This document shows positions 1 through 11,340 of a stretch of DNA of 64,000 nt, piece after piece. Source of the stretch: an uncultured delta proteobacterium (GTDB lineage: Bacteria; Desulfobacterota; Desulfobacteria; Desulfobacterales; SG8-13); assembly GCA_963848135.1 (NCBI GenBank), contig CAWKCK010000018.1, positions 572,938 to 636,937 of the forward strand. The letters run 5' to 3'. Numbering within the stretch: position 1 is the stretch's first letter; each line of letters starts with the position of its first letter. The notes beneath the pieces were generated by a model, which saw nothing but the letters and a program-made list of their open reading frames with translations, had not been told where the DNA came from and made no database searches. The translations under genes were made by a program, and so were the position numbers.

Positions 1-175
1 TTGGCCTTAAACGAGGCAGGAAAAGTGCATTTGGGGGACGGTTGTCGGGTGATGAAAAGACGAATGGTAATTATCTGCGCGTGATGATGCCGAGACGCTA
101 AGCGTAAAGGATTTAAAACCGATTCTGTTATTCTTCGAACCTCTGAACCTTTCAACTCTGAACGATGAACCTCAT

Positions 176-1648
176 TTATTTCACCAACACCGGTCTTGGC
201 ATCTTGTATGAGCCGTCGACGAGTGACATCCTGGGCCCGTAGAAACGTGCCGCGAACCGGAAACTGCCTTCCGGCGCCGGCAGCCAGTTTTTCAACTGGT
301 TCGGGTCACTGGGCTTGTCTTTCTGCAAGTAGATCACCAGTTTGCCGTCTGCAACGTAGAGCTGCTTCTGGTCGATCATGAAGCTGTTGATGGTGTAGCG
401 ATCGATCGGGTTGCGAACAAAGTAGCCGTCCTTGTTGTAGATCGGGATGGACCAGAACTGGGTGACCGGCGGCAGATCGTTCATGTCGAAGGTCATGGTG
501 TACTTGTTCTTGCCATCGAGCGGCTTGTCGTCGTTGTCGGTAAACAGAAACGCCGCACCATGAGAGACGTTTTTGTCGGGTCCCGCCCATCCGGCATCCG
601 CCATGACCGACCGGCTCAGGTAGTCGGTTTCAAACCCTCCGACATTCTGCACCACCATCCAGCCGTTCATGGACAGCAGACTGGACTTGAAGGTTTTCTT
701 GACGGTGTCGTAACCCTTTTTAAACCCTTGCTCCATGGCCGTCTGTGTGCCCTTATCCAGATCGGACCATTTAAAATTCTTGCCGGGGCCGATATTGAGG
801 GTTGCGAGCTGAGTCAGCATGTCAGCCTCTTTTTTGGAGTCCTTCATCAAGGTCATGCTGGGGTCGTTCAGAATCATGTTGAGGATTGAGAAAAAGTCCT
901 CCGCAGTCTGCTTGTCCACCTGTCCCTTGGCGATTTTTGGCATGCGCGAGTATTGTTTGAATGTACCGGGGACTACGCTGACCTTGGACTGGGGAACGCC
1001 CTTTTTGCCGTTAGCTAACCACTTGCTTAAGGGCGTGATGCTGATCTTATCCTGATAGGCGTTGATCTGGCTGATGTCTTTATCCGATCCCGTCAGCACC
1101 GCGATCCGCGTCAATACATAACTTGTCTTGCTCGGCGCATGAATCACTTCGGTGGTGGCGAACTCGGCCGGTAGTTTGCCTTTATAGTCGTCAGGAACGA
1201 TGATGTAAGAACGTGCGGCGGTGCCATTGAACTGATTGCCCGCCATCAGGTAGAAGATGCCGTACTGGTCCATGATTTGCAGACTGAAATAGCGGTCCGT
1301 GATCGCGGGCATCTCGATGATCACCGGCTCTTTCTGCAAATCAAGGAAGCCGGTGCCATACAAAGTTGTGGCATTTGGCGTGACGACCGGAAAATCAGGC
1401 GTTATTTTTTCCCTAACGTTGTAAAACCGGTTAACGCCTACATAGGATTGGTTGTCCTTGCTGTCATCCTGGGTATAGATATAACGCTGCCCAAAAAAGA
1501 TGACCTGCTGCAAACCATACGTATAGGCTTTTTCAGCAATCTGTTGAGCCTCGGCAGGGGTGACTTCTGCTGAGGCTGTGGAAGCTGCAAAGAACAGTAA
1601 CGCAGCCACGAGGGCCAATATCCCCTTGTTAATTTTATACGTTTTCAT
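176..1648 (-). CDS. Secreted DUF1254/DUF1214 domain protein
   Basis: 490 aa; signal peptide; VVTPNATTLY motif (DUF1254); LPPVTQFWS and NWLPAP..RFYGP motifs (DUF1214). Confidence 0.85.
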   Translation of the reverse strand: MKTYKINKGILALVAALLFFAASTASAEVTPAEAQQIAEKAYTYGLQQVIFFGQRYIYTQDDSKDNQSYVGVNRFYNVREKITPDFPVVTPNATTLYGTGFLDLQKEPVIIEMPAITDRYFSLQIMDQYGIFYLMAGNQFNGTAARSYIIVPDDYKGKLPAEFATTEVIHAPSKTSYVLTRIAVLTGSDKDISQINAYQDKISITPLSKWLANGKKGVPQSKVSVVPGTFKQYSRMPKIAKGQVDKQTAEDFFSILNMILNDPSMTLMKDSKKEADMLTQLATLNIGPGKNFKWSDLDKGTQTAMEQGFKKGYDTVKKTFKSSLLSMNGWMVVQNVGGFETDYLSRSVMADAGWAGPDKNVSHGAAFLFTDNDDKPLDGKNKYTMTFDMNDLPPVTQFWSIPIYNKDGYFVRNPIDRYTINSFMIDQKQLYVADGKLVIYLQKDKPSDPNQLKNWLPAPEGSFRFAARFYGPRMSLVDGSYKMPRPVLVK

Positions 1649-1665
1649 TTCCGTTCTCCTTGAAT

Positions 1666-2736
1666 TTATTTAACTGGCTGAGCCGCAGGAAACGTCCAGC
1701 TGCCATCAATAATTTCCTTGCGCGGCTGATAGAGTCGGACCAGATAGTTCCAGCCCTCCATGATCGGCAGAAAGTTGGGCTGCTTGGGATCGCCGCCGAA
1801 ATGGATGGTCATGCTGCCGTCCTTGTTTTTCTTACCGGTGACATTGTTCACTGAGTAGGCGTTGTACTGGTTCTTTTGAAAATAGCCTTCCTCGTTATAC
1901 AGGCTGATCGACCAGAATCCGTCCACCGGCACATCTTTCACATTGAGCGTGTAAGCGGTCTTGCCATCATTATTTTCAGGAGTGACGCCCGCATACATGG
2001 CATCCTTTTGCGGATTGCCGCCCCAGCCGGTCGCACTGGCAAACAGGAACTTGACCGGGTTGACTTCGTCCTTGCTGCCGAACGCGCCATCGTAGTTTTC
2101 CATGGTTGCGGAGAGTACTTTCAGAGCAGCGCGTATCTTATCCTGCGATGCCGTGTCCCAGTTGGGGATCTCAAATGTGCCAACGGACTTTTGCTCAACC
2201 GTGGTCTGTTGCTGGATAGCATTCACCTTCTTGATATCTTCAGGATCCTCAGCGTCAACCAGTGTTCTGACAACCACAAACACATAGCGGGTGCCCATCT
2301 TTTCCTGGGTCAAAGTATAGGGCCCCGGCTTATAGACAACCATCGGGGTATATTGATCCTCGTTGACCACCTGCATGGATTGGAAACGTTTGCCGGTATC
2401 GGGCTTGGTGATGGTGACAGGCGTGGTCAGATCAAAAACACCAAGGGAATAGATGGTATCCCGGTTCATGCGAACCACCTTTTGCTGATCGATGGGCGTT
2501 GGTTTGGGGATATGTAAAAATTTTCCAAAAGCGCCCATGTCAACGTAACTCTTTAACATCTTGTCGCTCTCGGCACGGACAAAATTCTTCCAGGTAACGG
2601 GGATAGCTTTCGAAGTGCTTATTGAAGAAATGGTTTTGTCTACGTGAGCTTGTTTGGCCCAGGCAGTGGACATCAGACTGGTTGCCATCAAGCCGGCTAG
2701 TGCCAATATCGCAAATTTTGATTTACTCATGTTCAT
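1666..2736 (-). CDS. Secreted DUF1254/DUF1214 domain protein
   Basis: 356 aa; signal peptide; VVRMNRDTIYS, VPVDGFWSISLYN and RLYQP motifs. Confidence 0.85.
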   Translation of the reverse strand: MNMSKSKFAILALAGLMATSLMSTAWAKQAHVDKTISSISTSKAIPVTWKNFVRAESDKMLKSYVDMGAFGKFLHIPKPTPIDQQKVVRMNRDTIYSLGVFDLTTPVTITKPDTGKRFQSMQVVNEDQYTPMVVYKPGPYTLTQEKMGTRYVFVVVRTLVDAEDPEDIKKVNAIQQQTTVEQKSVGTFEIPNWDTASQDKIRAALKVLSATMENYDGAFGSKDEVNPVKFLFASATGWGGNPQKDAMYAGVTPENNDGKTAYTLNVKDVPVDGFWSISLYNEEGYFQKNQYNAYSVNNVTGKKNKDGSMTIHFGGDPKQPNFLPIMEGWNYLVRLYQPRKEIIDGSWTFPAAQPVK

Positions 2737-2899
2737 TTTCCTTTTAAAAATTATGGTTCAACGTCCAAAGATCTCTGTTCAGGGCAAAAAGGACTAAAGG
2801 TTTCCGGTTCTGGGTTCAGCGTTCAGGGTTAAAGGATTTAAAACCGATTCTGTTATTCTTCGAACCTCTGAACCTTTCAACGCTGAACGATGGACCTCC
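2724..2899. repeat. Intergenic heptamer-periodic hairpin element with partial copies at ~107-175 and ~3661-3784
   Basis: 2831-2899 matches 107-175 and 2724-2848 matches 3661-3784; GGTTC(A/C)G-like heptamers on the left arm and GAACC-type complements on the right arm. Confidence 0.8.
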
Positions 2900-3032
2900 T
2901 TTTTATTTAACCGACTCAATCTCACCCATCCGCCAGGCCTTGTCCATCCAGGGCTTGAAGTTTCGTTAGTGGGTGATAAAAGCAGTTTATGAATACCTTG
3001 ACATGGTGGCAAAATGTGCTACCATTTTAGTC

Positions 3033-3287
3033 ATGAACCGTAAGCATCAAAAAATATTGGCCGCCATTTTTACCGATCCGATTTCCGGCAACATTGAATG
3101 GCGACGAATAGAAGGCCTCCTCAGAGCAGCGGGATGTGAAATTATCGAAGGCAACGGTTCCAGGATCACCATCGTCCATGAAGGCCGAAAGGCGGGCTTC
3201 CACCGCCCGCATCCAGGTAAGGATGCCCTGCGGTACCAGATACGTGCGGTTCGTGATTTTCTTAAATTAATAGGGGTTACACTATGA
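3033..3287 (+). CDS. hicA: HicA family toxin
   Basis: MNRKHQKILAAIF...GSR...FHRPHP; overlaps the hicB start (ATGA). Confidence 0.85.
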   Translation: MNRKHQKILAAIFTDPISGNIEWRRIEGLLRAAGCEIIEGNGSRITIVHEGRKAGFHRPHPGKDALRYQIRAVRDFLKLIGVTL

Positions 3288-3622
3288 AGAACGCCATGGC
3301 ATATAAAGGGTATTTTGCCCGCATTGAGTTTGACGCAAAAGATCGAATTTTCTTTGGCCGCCTGGCAGGTATTCGAGATATTATCACTTTCCACGGTCAG
3401 ACCGTTGATGGGCTGGAGGCCGCCTTCAGAGAGGCGGTAGATGATTATCTTGAAACCTGCGCCAGGCTGGGAGATAAACCGAATAAGCCCTACTCCGGCA
3501 AACTGACCTTGCGTATTCCGCCCAGCGTCCATGCAGCTATTGCCACAGCAGCTGAGACCAGTAATAAAAGCCTCAACAGATGGGTTGCCGACATACTGAA
3601 TGAAGCCACGCATGACCATTAG
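3284..3622 (+). CDS. hicB: HicB family antitoxin
   Basis: YKGY..IEFD..IFFG..ITFHG..AVDDYL..YSGKLTLRIPP, C-terminal RHH-type region. Confidence 0.9.
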   Translation: MKNAMAYKGYFARIEFDAKDRIFFGRLAGIRDIITFHGQTVDGLEAAFREAVDDYLETCARLGDKPNKPYSGKLTLRIPPSVHAAIATAAETSNKSLNRWVADILNEATHDH

Positions 3623-3796
3623 ATTTTCCGGGGACTTAACGTTTGGATAACTTTAGATTTACTCATATTCATTCTCCTTTTATAAATTATGGCTCAACGT
3701 CCAAAGATCTCTGTCTCAGGGCTAAAGGGACTAAAGGTTCCCGGTTCCGGGTTCAGCGTTCAGGGTTAAAGGATTTAAAACCGAGTTTTCTTCTTT

Positions 3797-4796
3797 TCAA
3801 AACGGAAATATTCGTTTCCAATCCTTCTTCATACTGACCACCTGCCATCCCCCTTTTTGGGCGGCATTCAACGACGCATTGTCTTTTTCCGCATACGCGA
3901 ATTCACGCACGTCATCGTCATGATTGATCAGCAGTTGGAAATTGGGCAGGGGGTTGGTTTGGCTATAGGTCAGTTGTCCGATGTCACCGCCTGAACGAAC
4001 GTTTCCGCAGGCAAAGATGGGGATGCGCCCGATTTGCCGGTCGATGCCAACCGGTTTGGTAAGACCGTCGTTGATAAACAGATTCTTCTTGTCTTTGATG
4101 ATCTGCCACTTCCCGTCCACCTGTTCAAATTTGTTCATCGCAAAACTGCCGATTACATTCTCGGGAACAATACCGTAGGTGTCTTCAGCAAAGACACGCA
4201 TGAAATCAAGCCCGCCCCCGGAACAGATGTAGGTTTTAAAACCGTTTGCACGAAGATAGCCTAAGAGTTCGAGCATCGGCTGGTAGATGGTCTCCGTATA
4301 CTTCTTGTCGTATTTGGGGTGGCGGCTGGTATTGAGGAACGCCTTGACGCTGCGGTTGAATTCCGCCATCGGCATCCCGGTATGGGTGGCCACCATCAAT
4401 TCCATCAAGGCTTTGCCGTGGTTGTGGGTCAGGTCATTGACCAGAAAATTTTTATCGCCTTCCAGGACCGCCTTGTAGGGCTGCTGATCTTTCCATTCGG
4501 GATGCTCGGGCGCCAATTGCTTGATGCGATAGGTCACAAACGTCTAGTTGGCCCACCGGCTGTTCACACCACAGCGTGCCGTCCTGATCAAAGGTGGCGA
4601 TGCGCGCTTCCGGCGAGACATACTTCGGTCCACCTTGTTTGGTGACATCCTGCACAAATTGAACGATTGCCGATTTGGTGGGGCCATCGTTCCAGGAGGG
4701 CAGGAAATCTAAGGCTTTCGCCGCTTCAACCCATAAAGCGGTATTCACGACCAGTACCGCCACAATGAACAGACCCACATGTTGCAGCGGTTTCAT
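3797..4796 (-). pseudogene. Secreted HAD-family hydrolase, frameshifted near 4550
   Basis: N-half (LPSWNDG, IATFDQDGTLWCEQP) lies in ORF 4452..5048; C-half (YQPMLELL, CSGGG, GNVRSGGD) lies in ORF 3797..4537. Confidence 0.8.
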
Positions 4797-5147
4797 TTTT
4801 GTCTTTTCCTTCCAGTTCTTGGGACGGACATCCACCACCGGCACGCCACCCAGCTTGGCATCGGTGACGGTGACCTGGTTCATCTCAACGGCTTTGGCGT
4901 TCTTTGCCTTGCCGGCCTGTTCGCCGGCGGCGTGGGCCTTGCGCCATCCCTCCAGGTCATCGGTTCCCGGCACCACGCGTTCATACATTTTGTTCGCGTA
5001 AACCGCGCTCAAGACCTTCTGAGCATTGGGCGAGATCGTATCGGGCACCTAATTGTCTCGAGGCGCAAATTGCGGCCCTTTTGCACACCCGACAATGGCA
5101 ACAAGCAGAACCGGAAAAACACAGCATAATTTTATGATTTTTTTCAT
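4797..5147 (-). pseudogene. 5' remnant of a lipoprotein, possibly alpha/beta-hydrolase-like, with an in-frame TAG and truncated onto the HAD gene start
   Basis: MKKIIKLCC...IVGC lipobox; TAG at 5049-5051; then VPDTISP...LGGVPVVDVRPK runs directly into the HAD ATG. Confidence 0.55.
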
Positions 5148-5185
5148 TGAACTTGCCCTATCCGAATTGACACTTTATTGTTCAA

Positions 5186-5220
5186 GATGGCCCCGCCCGG
5201 ACAGACCGGGCGGGGCCATC
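5186..5220 (-). terminator. GC-rich hairpin downstream of the arylsulfatase
   Basis: gatggccccgcccgg-acaga-ccgggcggggccatc, a perfect 15-bp stem. Confidence 0.6.
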
Positions 5221-5229
5221 TTGTGTGGT

Positions 5230-7577
5230 TTACTTTAGCGTGATGGTCGCCTCGTGGATCTTGCCGGTGAACTTGCTGCTGGCGCGGTCGTAGTCCTCTG
5301 ATACCGGTGTTTCTGCGTCTAAGCCGACACCGGCGGTCTCATCGGCCGAGAAGATCGCGAACTCGGTCTGCCCGATCTTGCCGGATCCCACGGATTTGCC
5401 GTTGATGTATAGCGTCGCGGTGCCGCCGAGCCCGGCTTGCCGCCTTTGTAGGCGAAGTCCATCTTCACGGTCGACTTGCCCTTGGGAAGTTTCGTACTCG
5501 CGGTGGCAGTGAAACGGTCGATGCCGAGGTAGTTGTACATGGTAGATCGGTGTGCCGTCCTTCACGTACAGGCTCCAGCCGCCGAAGGCGCCGCCCTGGG
5601 CTACGATGACGCCGTTGGCCGGTTTGTCACCGGTCTCGATGTCGGCGACGATCTCAAACGAGGTGTTTTTGGTGTTGATGAAGTCATTTTCGAGCAGGCC
5701 GTGCATGCCCTCGTAGAGGGTCAGGCTTTTACGCCCGAACATCAGGTCCGGCCGCCCGGCGATTTTGGGGTTGAACAGCTCCTGCCGGCGGTCGTCGAGG
5801 GGCAGCACCTTGTACTTGACCGCCTCGCCGAGGAAAACCTCCTGCAGCTTGGCGAGGATGTCGGGATGCTTCTTGGCCAGGTCCGTGGACATGCTGAAGT
5901 CTTCCTTCACGTGGTAGAGTTCCCAGGTGTCCTCGGTGAACCTGTTCTCGACCTTGCCCCAGGGTTTGAGGTGGACGGTCCCGGCGAACCAGCCGTCGAA
6001 GTAGATGCCGCGGTTGCCGAACATCTCGAAGTACTGGATCTGGTGCCGGTTGGGAGCTTGGGATAGTCCCAGTAGTAGACCATGCTCACGCCCTCGATGG
6101 GGCGCTGCGGCGTGCCGTTGACGATCCGCGGCTGCGGAAGGCCGGCGGCCTCGAGGATCGTGGGCACCACGTCGATCACGTGATGCCACTGGCTGCGCAG
6201 TTCGCCCTTAGCCTTGATCCTGTCAGGCCAGTGGATGACCATGGCGTTGCGGGTGCCGCCGTAGTTGGAGGCCACCTGCTTGGTCCAGGTAAACGGCGCA
6301 TCGAAGGCGACTGCCCAGCCGGCCGCCATGTGCGGATAGGTGGTCGGGTCACCCCACGCATCGTAGTATTTCAGCATGAAATCGATGTCCGAACCCTTGG
6401 GCTCGTTGTTGAAGTAGGTCATTTCGTTGTAGAGCCCGTTCATCACGCCTTCGGCGCTGGTGCCGTTGTCGCCGGCGATGTAGAAGATCAGCGTGTTGTC
6501 GAGCTCGCCCATGTCCTCGATCGCCTGGATGACCCGGCCCGTCTCGTGGTCGGCCATGTCGAGGTAGGCGGCGAAGACCTCGGCCTGACGGGCGAAGAGC
6601 TTCTTCTCATTGGCAGAGAGGTCCTTCCAGTCCTTGATGTCAGCAGGTTTGTTCGCCAGCTTTGTGTCGGGTGGGATGACGCCGAGCTTTTTCTGTTGCT
6701 CAAAGATCCGTTTGCGGATCACGTCCCAGCCCTCGTCGAAGCGGCCTTTCTGCTTGTCGATGTAGGACTGCGGCACGTGGTGCGGGGCGTGCACCGCACC
6801 CGGGGCGAAATAGACGAAGAAGGGCTTATCCGGGGTCAGCGCCTGCTGGAAGCGGATCCAGTTGATGGACTGGGTGGCCATGTCGTTCATGAAGTGGTAA
6901 TCGGGATCGTCCGGGGTCTCCACACGGTTTTGGTTGTGGTAAACGGCGGGCGCCCACTGATTGGTCTCGCCGCCCAGAAAGCCGTAGAACTCGTCGAAGC
7001 CCTGGTAGTTCGGCCAACGGGTGAAGGGACCGGAAGGGCTGATCTCCCAGACCGCAGTCTCGTGCCACTTGCCGAAGGCGCCCGTGCTGTAGCCATTGAG
7101 CCGCAGCATCTCCCCGATGCTGGCCACGTCGTTGGGCAGCATGCCGGTGGCTCCGGGGAAGGAGGTGGCCACCTCGGTGATCTTGGCCTGGTTGGCCGAG
7201 TGGTGGTTGCGGCCGGTCTTGAGCGCCTGCCGGGTCGGCGAACACAGCGCCGTGGTGTGGAACTGATTGTACATCAGGCCCTGGCTGGCCAGTTTGTCGA
7301 AGTGGGGCGTTTCAATGACACCGCCGAAGGCGCTGGTGCCGCCGAAGCCGAGATCGTCCAGCAGGATGACCACCACGTTGGGCGCGTCCTTGGGCGCCTT
7401 GACTTCGAACACCGGGGGCGCCTTGGCGTCGCGCGCATCCAGTGTCGTGATCGGCGGGTACCAAGGGCCTTTGATAGGCAATTCTGTCCGGTCTACCTGT
7501 GCCTCTTGGGCCATGCCCGTGAACGGCAGGCACAGTGCGATGAGTAAAAGGGCCGCAAAGGAGAATGCCTTTCTCAT
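5230..7577 (-). pseudogene. Arylsulfatase with about 3 frameshifts
   Basis: DDLG, CSPTR (CxPxR), GKWH and HAPH motifs; the C-terminus continues across ORFs 5230..6189 and 5319..5540. Confidence 0.85.
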
Positions 7578-7625
7578 GATTGTTTTCCTTTCTAATTTAT
7601 GGTTCCGGATTCATCGTTTTTTGAT

Positions 7626-7982
7626 TCAACGTTCCCGGTTCTGGATTAAAGGAAGAATGTCGTTAACCGCTATCTCATCTTCTTTTATTAAAGTTATCGT
7701 CCAGATCGGCAGATGCAGTTCATAGAGACTATTCAGGATCCCAGCCAGCTCGGCTTGATCACTCAACCGGCCGGTCAGAATTGTCACCGTGGTATGATCC
7801 GTCCCTGTGGACGTGGTGATGCGCATACCGCCAAAACATTCAGAATAATGCTCGTGAATTTGACCTTGAACAGTGATTCGATACGTTGCAGGTTTATCAA
7901 ACTTAATGTCGAAATATTTGCTTGAAGGCGGCATGCTTAATGCTCCTTTATGGACATTACGGGCGGGTTCATCAGCATGCAT
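7626..7982 (-). CDS. Small hypothetical protein downstream of the MalT-like regulator (start may be ~7933)
   Basis: YRITVQG...LTGRLSDQAELAGILNSL; co-oriented with neighbours. Confidence 0.6.
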   Translation of the reverse strand: MHADEPARNVHKGALSMPPSSKYFDIKFDKPATYRITVQGQIHEHYSECFGGMRITTSTGTDHTTVTILTGRLSDQAELAGILNSLYELHLPIWTITLIKEDEIAVNDILPLIQNRER

Positions 7983-8087
7983 TGACTATAGATGCCTCAG
8001 TCAATGCATGGATCACCCATAATGGAGTAAAAATTAGGTATTTGGGGATAGGTAGGTGGCTAAAAGGGTGAAATGTCGATTGTGTAT

Positions 8088-10811
8088 TTAAGGGATAGGG
8101 AGGATACCTATGCTGGTGGCTCTTTCAACCGCCTGGCGGCGACTGTTGACTCTGAGTTTCTGATATATGTTTCGCAAATGTGTTTTTACGGTTTCAGGTG
8201 AAATGAATAATTTTCCAGCAATTTCTTTGGTCTGGAGCCTTTGGGCCAGCAGTGCCAGAACCTCCAATTCACGATTACTCAGCGGTTCAACCAGCGGTTG
8301 AGCGGCTTTGGATGGCGATAGTATGATATCGGGAGTGGACGCATTCGGCATCGATTCAAGCTCGTAATCTCGAAATTCGGCCAGGAGCTTATCGATATAG
8401 TCGACAGCAACGTTCCGTTTTCGCAGCCCTCTCAGCAGATTGGCCATCGGCGGGCCCGATTCAACGAATGGTCGGATCCATGGGCCGAGCTCCGACATGG
8501 CGACCGCCTGCTCCAGGACATCCAGGGATTCGTTCAATCTCCCCTGCCGGTGAATGGCCAGGGCCTGTAGAACCATGATCCCAATCATCTGGCAGGTGTT
8601 ATGATGCGCTTGATTTAAACTCAGGAGTTCCTGAAGTTTTTTTTCAGCCTCCTGAAGACAATTGTCTGAGCCTTCGGCAAGCAGCACCCGGCATTGCGTT
8701 ATAGCCGGAACTTCCAGCCATATGGCCATGGCTTCATGCTGCGGTGCTTTATTTTTACTCAGCACTTCAGACACAAACGCCGTTTCCCCTCTCATCAACG
8801 ATAAACGCGCCCTGAAAGAATCGGCAATGTCTGATAGAGTAAGATCGTTGAAGGGACGGATAAAATCATAAAGGTGATCCAGGGTGGTACTGGCTTTTTC
8901 CGTCTGTTGTGTGGCTTGATAAGCCATGGCCAATCCTGCCATGCAGTCTACGGTAGCCCGCCTCAGCATAAGGTAGGCGTTTTCGGCGGCCTGACATAAA
9001 TAATGGATGGCCACATCGGGTTCATTTCGATGAAAGTGAATCAAGCCCTGGTTATAAGAGCTCCAGGCCATCCAAGCGGCATCAGCATTATGGGTAGCGA
9101 CATCCGTTAGTTGCTTATTAAAATGGGCCGCAACGGTAAGTTCTCCGGAGATGATGTGAATCCAGACAAGCGATGTCAGCACGCGCACTTTCCGTGAAAC
9201 TTCTAATGACCAGTCGTTGAGCAGTTCAGACAGTTCATGTACAACCCTGTCTTTCTGACCTTGCATTTGACAGGTTAATCCAAAATAGGTTTCTGCAAAA
9301 CCCCGCACCATGTGATATTCTACAGGGATCCGCTCAAGCGCCCCTTCTATGTTCTCAAGGCTGTGGAAATCACCTCGCATGAAGCCATTAACACCCTTGA
9401 AGAGGTAAATCTCTCCATACAGCGGTTGCTCTTTTGGATCGTCGCTCAATAAAGACTCCACGGAATCAAGTATCGGTGGAATGAGCGCATGCCGGTATTG
9501 ATAATAGTGAACCCAGACCTGTGCCAACATAAGCTCCGGCTGCTGCTGAATAATACTATCGGGGAACATGGACAACCACTTCTCAAACACATGCCAGCGA
9601 TTACTATTAAGCATCAATTGGCGATTCTGCTCGAAAAGTTGGATCGCTCCGGTCACGTCGCCGCCCGCCAGTTTATGCTGGATGGCCTCGTCGTGGAAAC
9701 CATTTTTGGTATACCATTCGCCGGCCCGGGAGTGGAGTGCGGCGATCTCTTCGGAGCTGTATCTCAGTTTCAGTTGACTCTGAAGCAGTTCCTGAAACAG
9801 ATGATGGTAACGGAACCAACAATTTTCTGTATCCAGTGTAATCAGGAAGAGATTTTCACTTTTCAACTTTTCAATGAAATCGGCACCATCAATCCCGTTC
9901 TCGCCCTGTCCAGAGACTTGCCTACTTAATGCATCGCATAAAGCGCCGGTAAAGTGATCCAGAATGGAGGTGACCAGAAGATAGTGTCGAATGATCTGCG
10001 GCTGAGCATTGAGAACTTCTGTGATAAGGTAGTCCATCACATACGTAGTAGTCCCTTTCAGCTTGAACAGCTTAGTGAAAGAGTCCTCCTGCCCACGTGA
10101 TGCAAGAACTGCCAAACGTATGCCAGTAACCCAACCCTCAGTCCTCTCTGTCAATTCAATCGCGGTGGTATCTCCAATCCGATCGGCTAAAACTATTTTT
10201 AGAAATTCTTTTACTTCCCATTCTGTAAAGCGCAAATCATTGATGCGCACCTCCGTTATTAGGTCCCGGGCACGTAGTGTTGAAATGGGTAGAAACGGGT
10301 CTTTTCGACCTACCAGTATAAGGTGCATGTGCCGGGGTGGGTGGCGAAGCAATTCTTGGAGAAAATCGATGATGGATTTATCATTGATTAGGTGAAAATC
10401 ATCCAGTACCAGTATAAAGTGCCGCTCAATTAAATCCATATTATTGATCAAATGACTTGCCAGCATGCGCAGCGGGGGCATACTCGGTGCAGAAACCATT
10501 GCCTGGACATCTTTACCGGCTTCTGGGAAGATACTTTGAAGCGCCGCCAGAAAACCAAATAGGAACTGGCGGAGATCATTATCCTGCCTATCCAGTGACA
10601 ACCATGCGCCGGAGATATCGGTTATACCGAGCCAGCTACTGATCAACGTGCTTTTCCCGTATCCGGCCGGTGCCGAAACAAGGGTTAATGGCCGGTAAAT
10701 ACGCTGATTGAGCCTGTCTAAAAGATGTTGGCGATGTAGGTGGTCTTTCCCCAAAAGGGGGCGGTTTAGCTTCGTTCGGCGAAAAGGCGAGATTTGGATG
10801 TTTGTTTTCAT
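8088..10811 (-). CDS. MalT-like STAND ATPase / LuxR transcriptional regulator
   Basis: 907 aa; APAGYGKS Walker A; LVLDD; TEGW; FRYHHLF; C-terminal LuxR HTH (LSNRELEVL..ETVKTHLRNIYQKL). Confidence 0.92.
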   Translation of the reverse strand: MKTNIQISPFRRTKLNRPLLGKDHLHRQHLLDRLNQRIYRPLTLVSAPAGYGKSTLISSWLGITDISGAWLSLDRQDNDLRQFLFGFLAALQSIFPEAGKDVQAMVSAPSMPPLRMLASHLINNMDLIERHFILVLDDFHLINDKSIIDFLQELLRHPPRHMHLILVGRKDPFLPISTLRARDLITEVRINDLRFTEWEVKEFLKIVLADRIGDTTAIELTERTEGWVTGIRLAVLASRGQEDSFTKLFKLKGTTTYVMDYLITEVLNAQPQIIRHYLLVTSILDHFTGALCDALSRQVSGQGENGIDGADFIEKLKSENLFLITLDTENCWFRYHHLFQELLQSQLKLRYSSEEIAALHSRAGEWYTKNGFHDEAIQHKLAGGDVTGAIQLFEQNRQLMLNSNRWHVFEKWLSMFPDSIIQQQPELMLAQVWVHYYQYRHALIPPILDSVESLLSDDPKEQPLYGEIYLFKGVNGFMRGDFHSLENIEGALERIPVEYHMVRGFAETYFGLTCQMQGQKDRVVHELSELLNDWSLEVSRKVRVLTSLVWIHIISGELTVAAHFNKQLTDVATHNADAAWMAWSSYNQGLIHFHRNEPDVAIHYLCQAAENAYLMLRRATVDCMAGLAMAYQATQQTEKASTTLDHLYDFIRPFNDLTLSDIADSFRARLSLMRGETAFVSEVLSKNKAPQHEAMAIWLEVPAITQCRVLLAEGSDNCLQEAEKKLQELLSLNQAHHNTCQMIGIMVLQALAIHRQGRLNESLDVLEQAVAMSELGPWIRPFVESGPPMANLLRGLRKRNVAVDYIDKLLAEFRDYELESMPNASTPDIILSPSKAAQPLVEPLSNRELEVLALLAQRLQTKEIAGKLFISPETVKTHLRNIYQKLRVNSRRQAVERATSIGILPIP

Positions 10812-11198
10812 CGAATAGCCCTGATACCAACTTGCGGGAAATATCTACCTGCTTTTACTCTTATGGTAACGATAAAAGTTGGTTACGTTGGTAGATAATC
10901 CTACACTCCTCGGTCAGTTCTGTGCACCACTCACTGCGGAATATCGCTAACAGTCTTCAGCCAGCGTCAATCTATCAAAACCGCGAAATTTTATATCATT
11001 ACTTGAACGCCAATATTCTTACGGATACCATATGGCAATATAACCTTTTATTCAATAGCCTGAATTGTGTCTTCCGTGCCTAAACCTAAAATTCCAGATC
11101 GCCTGAAAAATTTCAATTCCAGATGAAATATTCAGTTTAAGGAAATTGAAGATATGTATCTATTTGGGGATAAACTTGGGGTTTTTAGGACTTGCACG

Positions 11199-11340
11199 TT
11201 CTTGCCAATAAATGAATTTTCAGTTTCCAAGGTTATTCTAAGGTTAGAATCTATCTATCTCAAGGTTCTGAGGTACACTCGCAGTTGCGATTAATAGACA
11301 TAAGCGTGAGTCGGTCAGAATTTGTGTTTTGTTGGAGATA
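11199..11340. repeat. ~140-bp intergenic repeat, copy R1
   Basis: TTCTTGCCAATA at 11199; GCGTGAGTCGGTCAGA..TTTTGTT at 11304; spacing matches R2. Confidence 0.75.

Noticed and set aside
6180..7547. 455-aa + strand ORF, and other long antisense ORFs such as 52997..53836
   Set aside because: Shadow ORFs of GC-rich genes with no recognisable motifs.
11191..11207. TGGCA in the repeat as a sigma54 promoter
   Set aside because: The GG-to-GC spacing is 9 rather than 10 in R1, and the -12 element is absent in R2 and R6.
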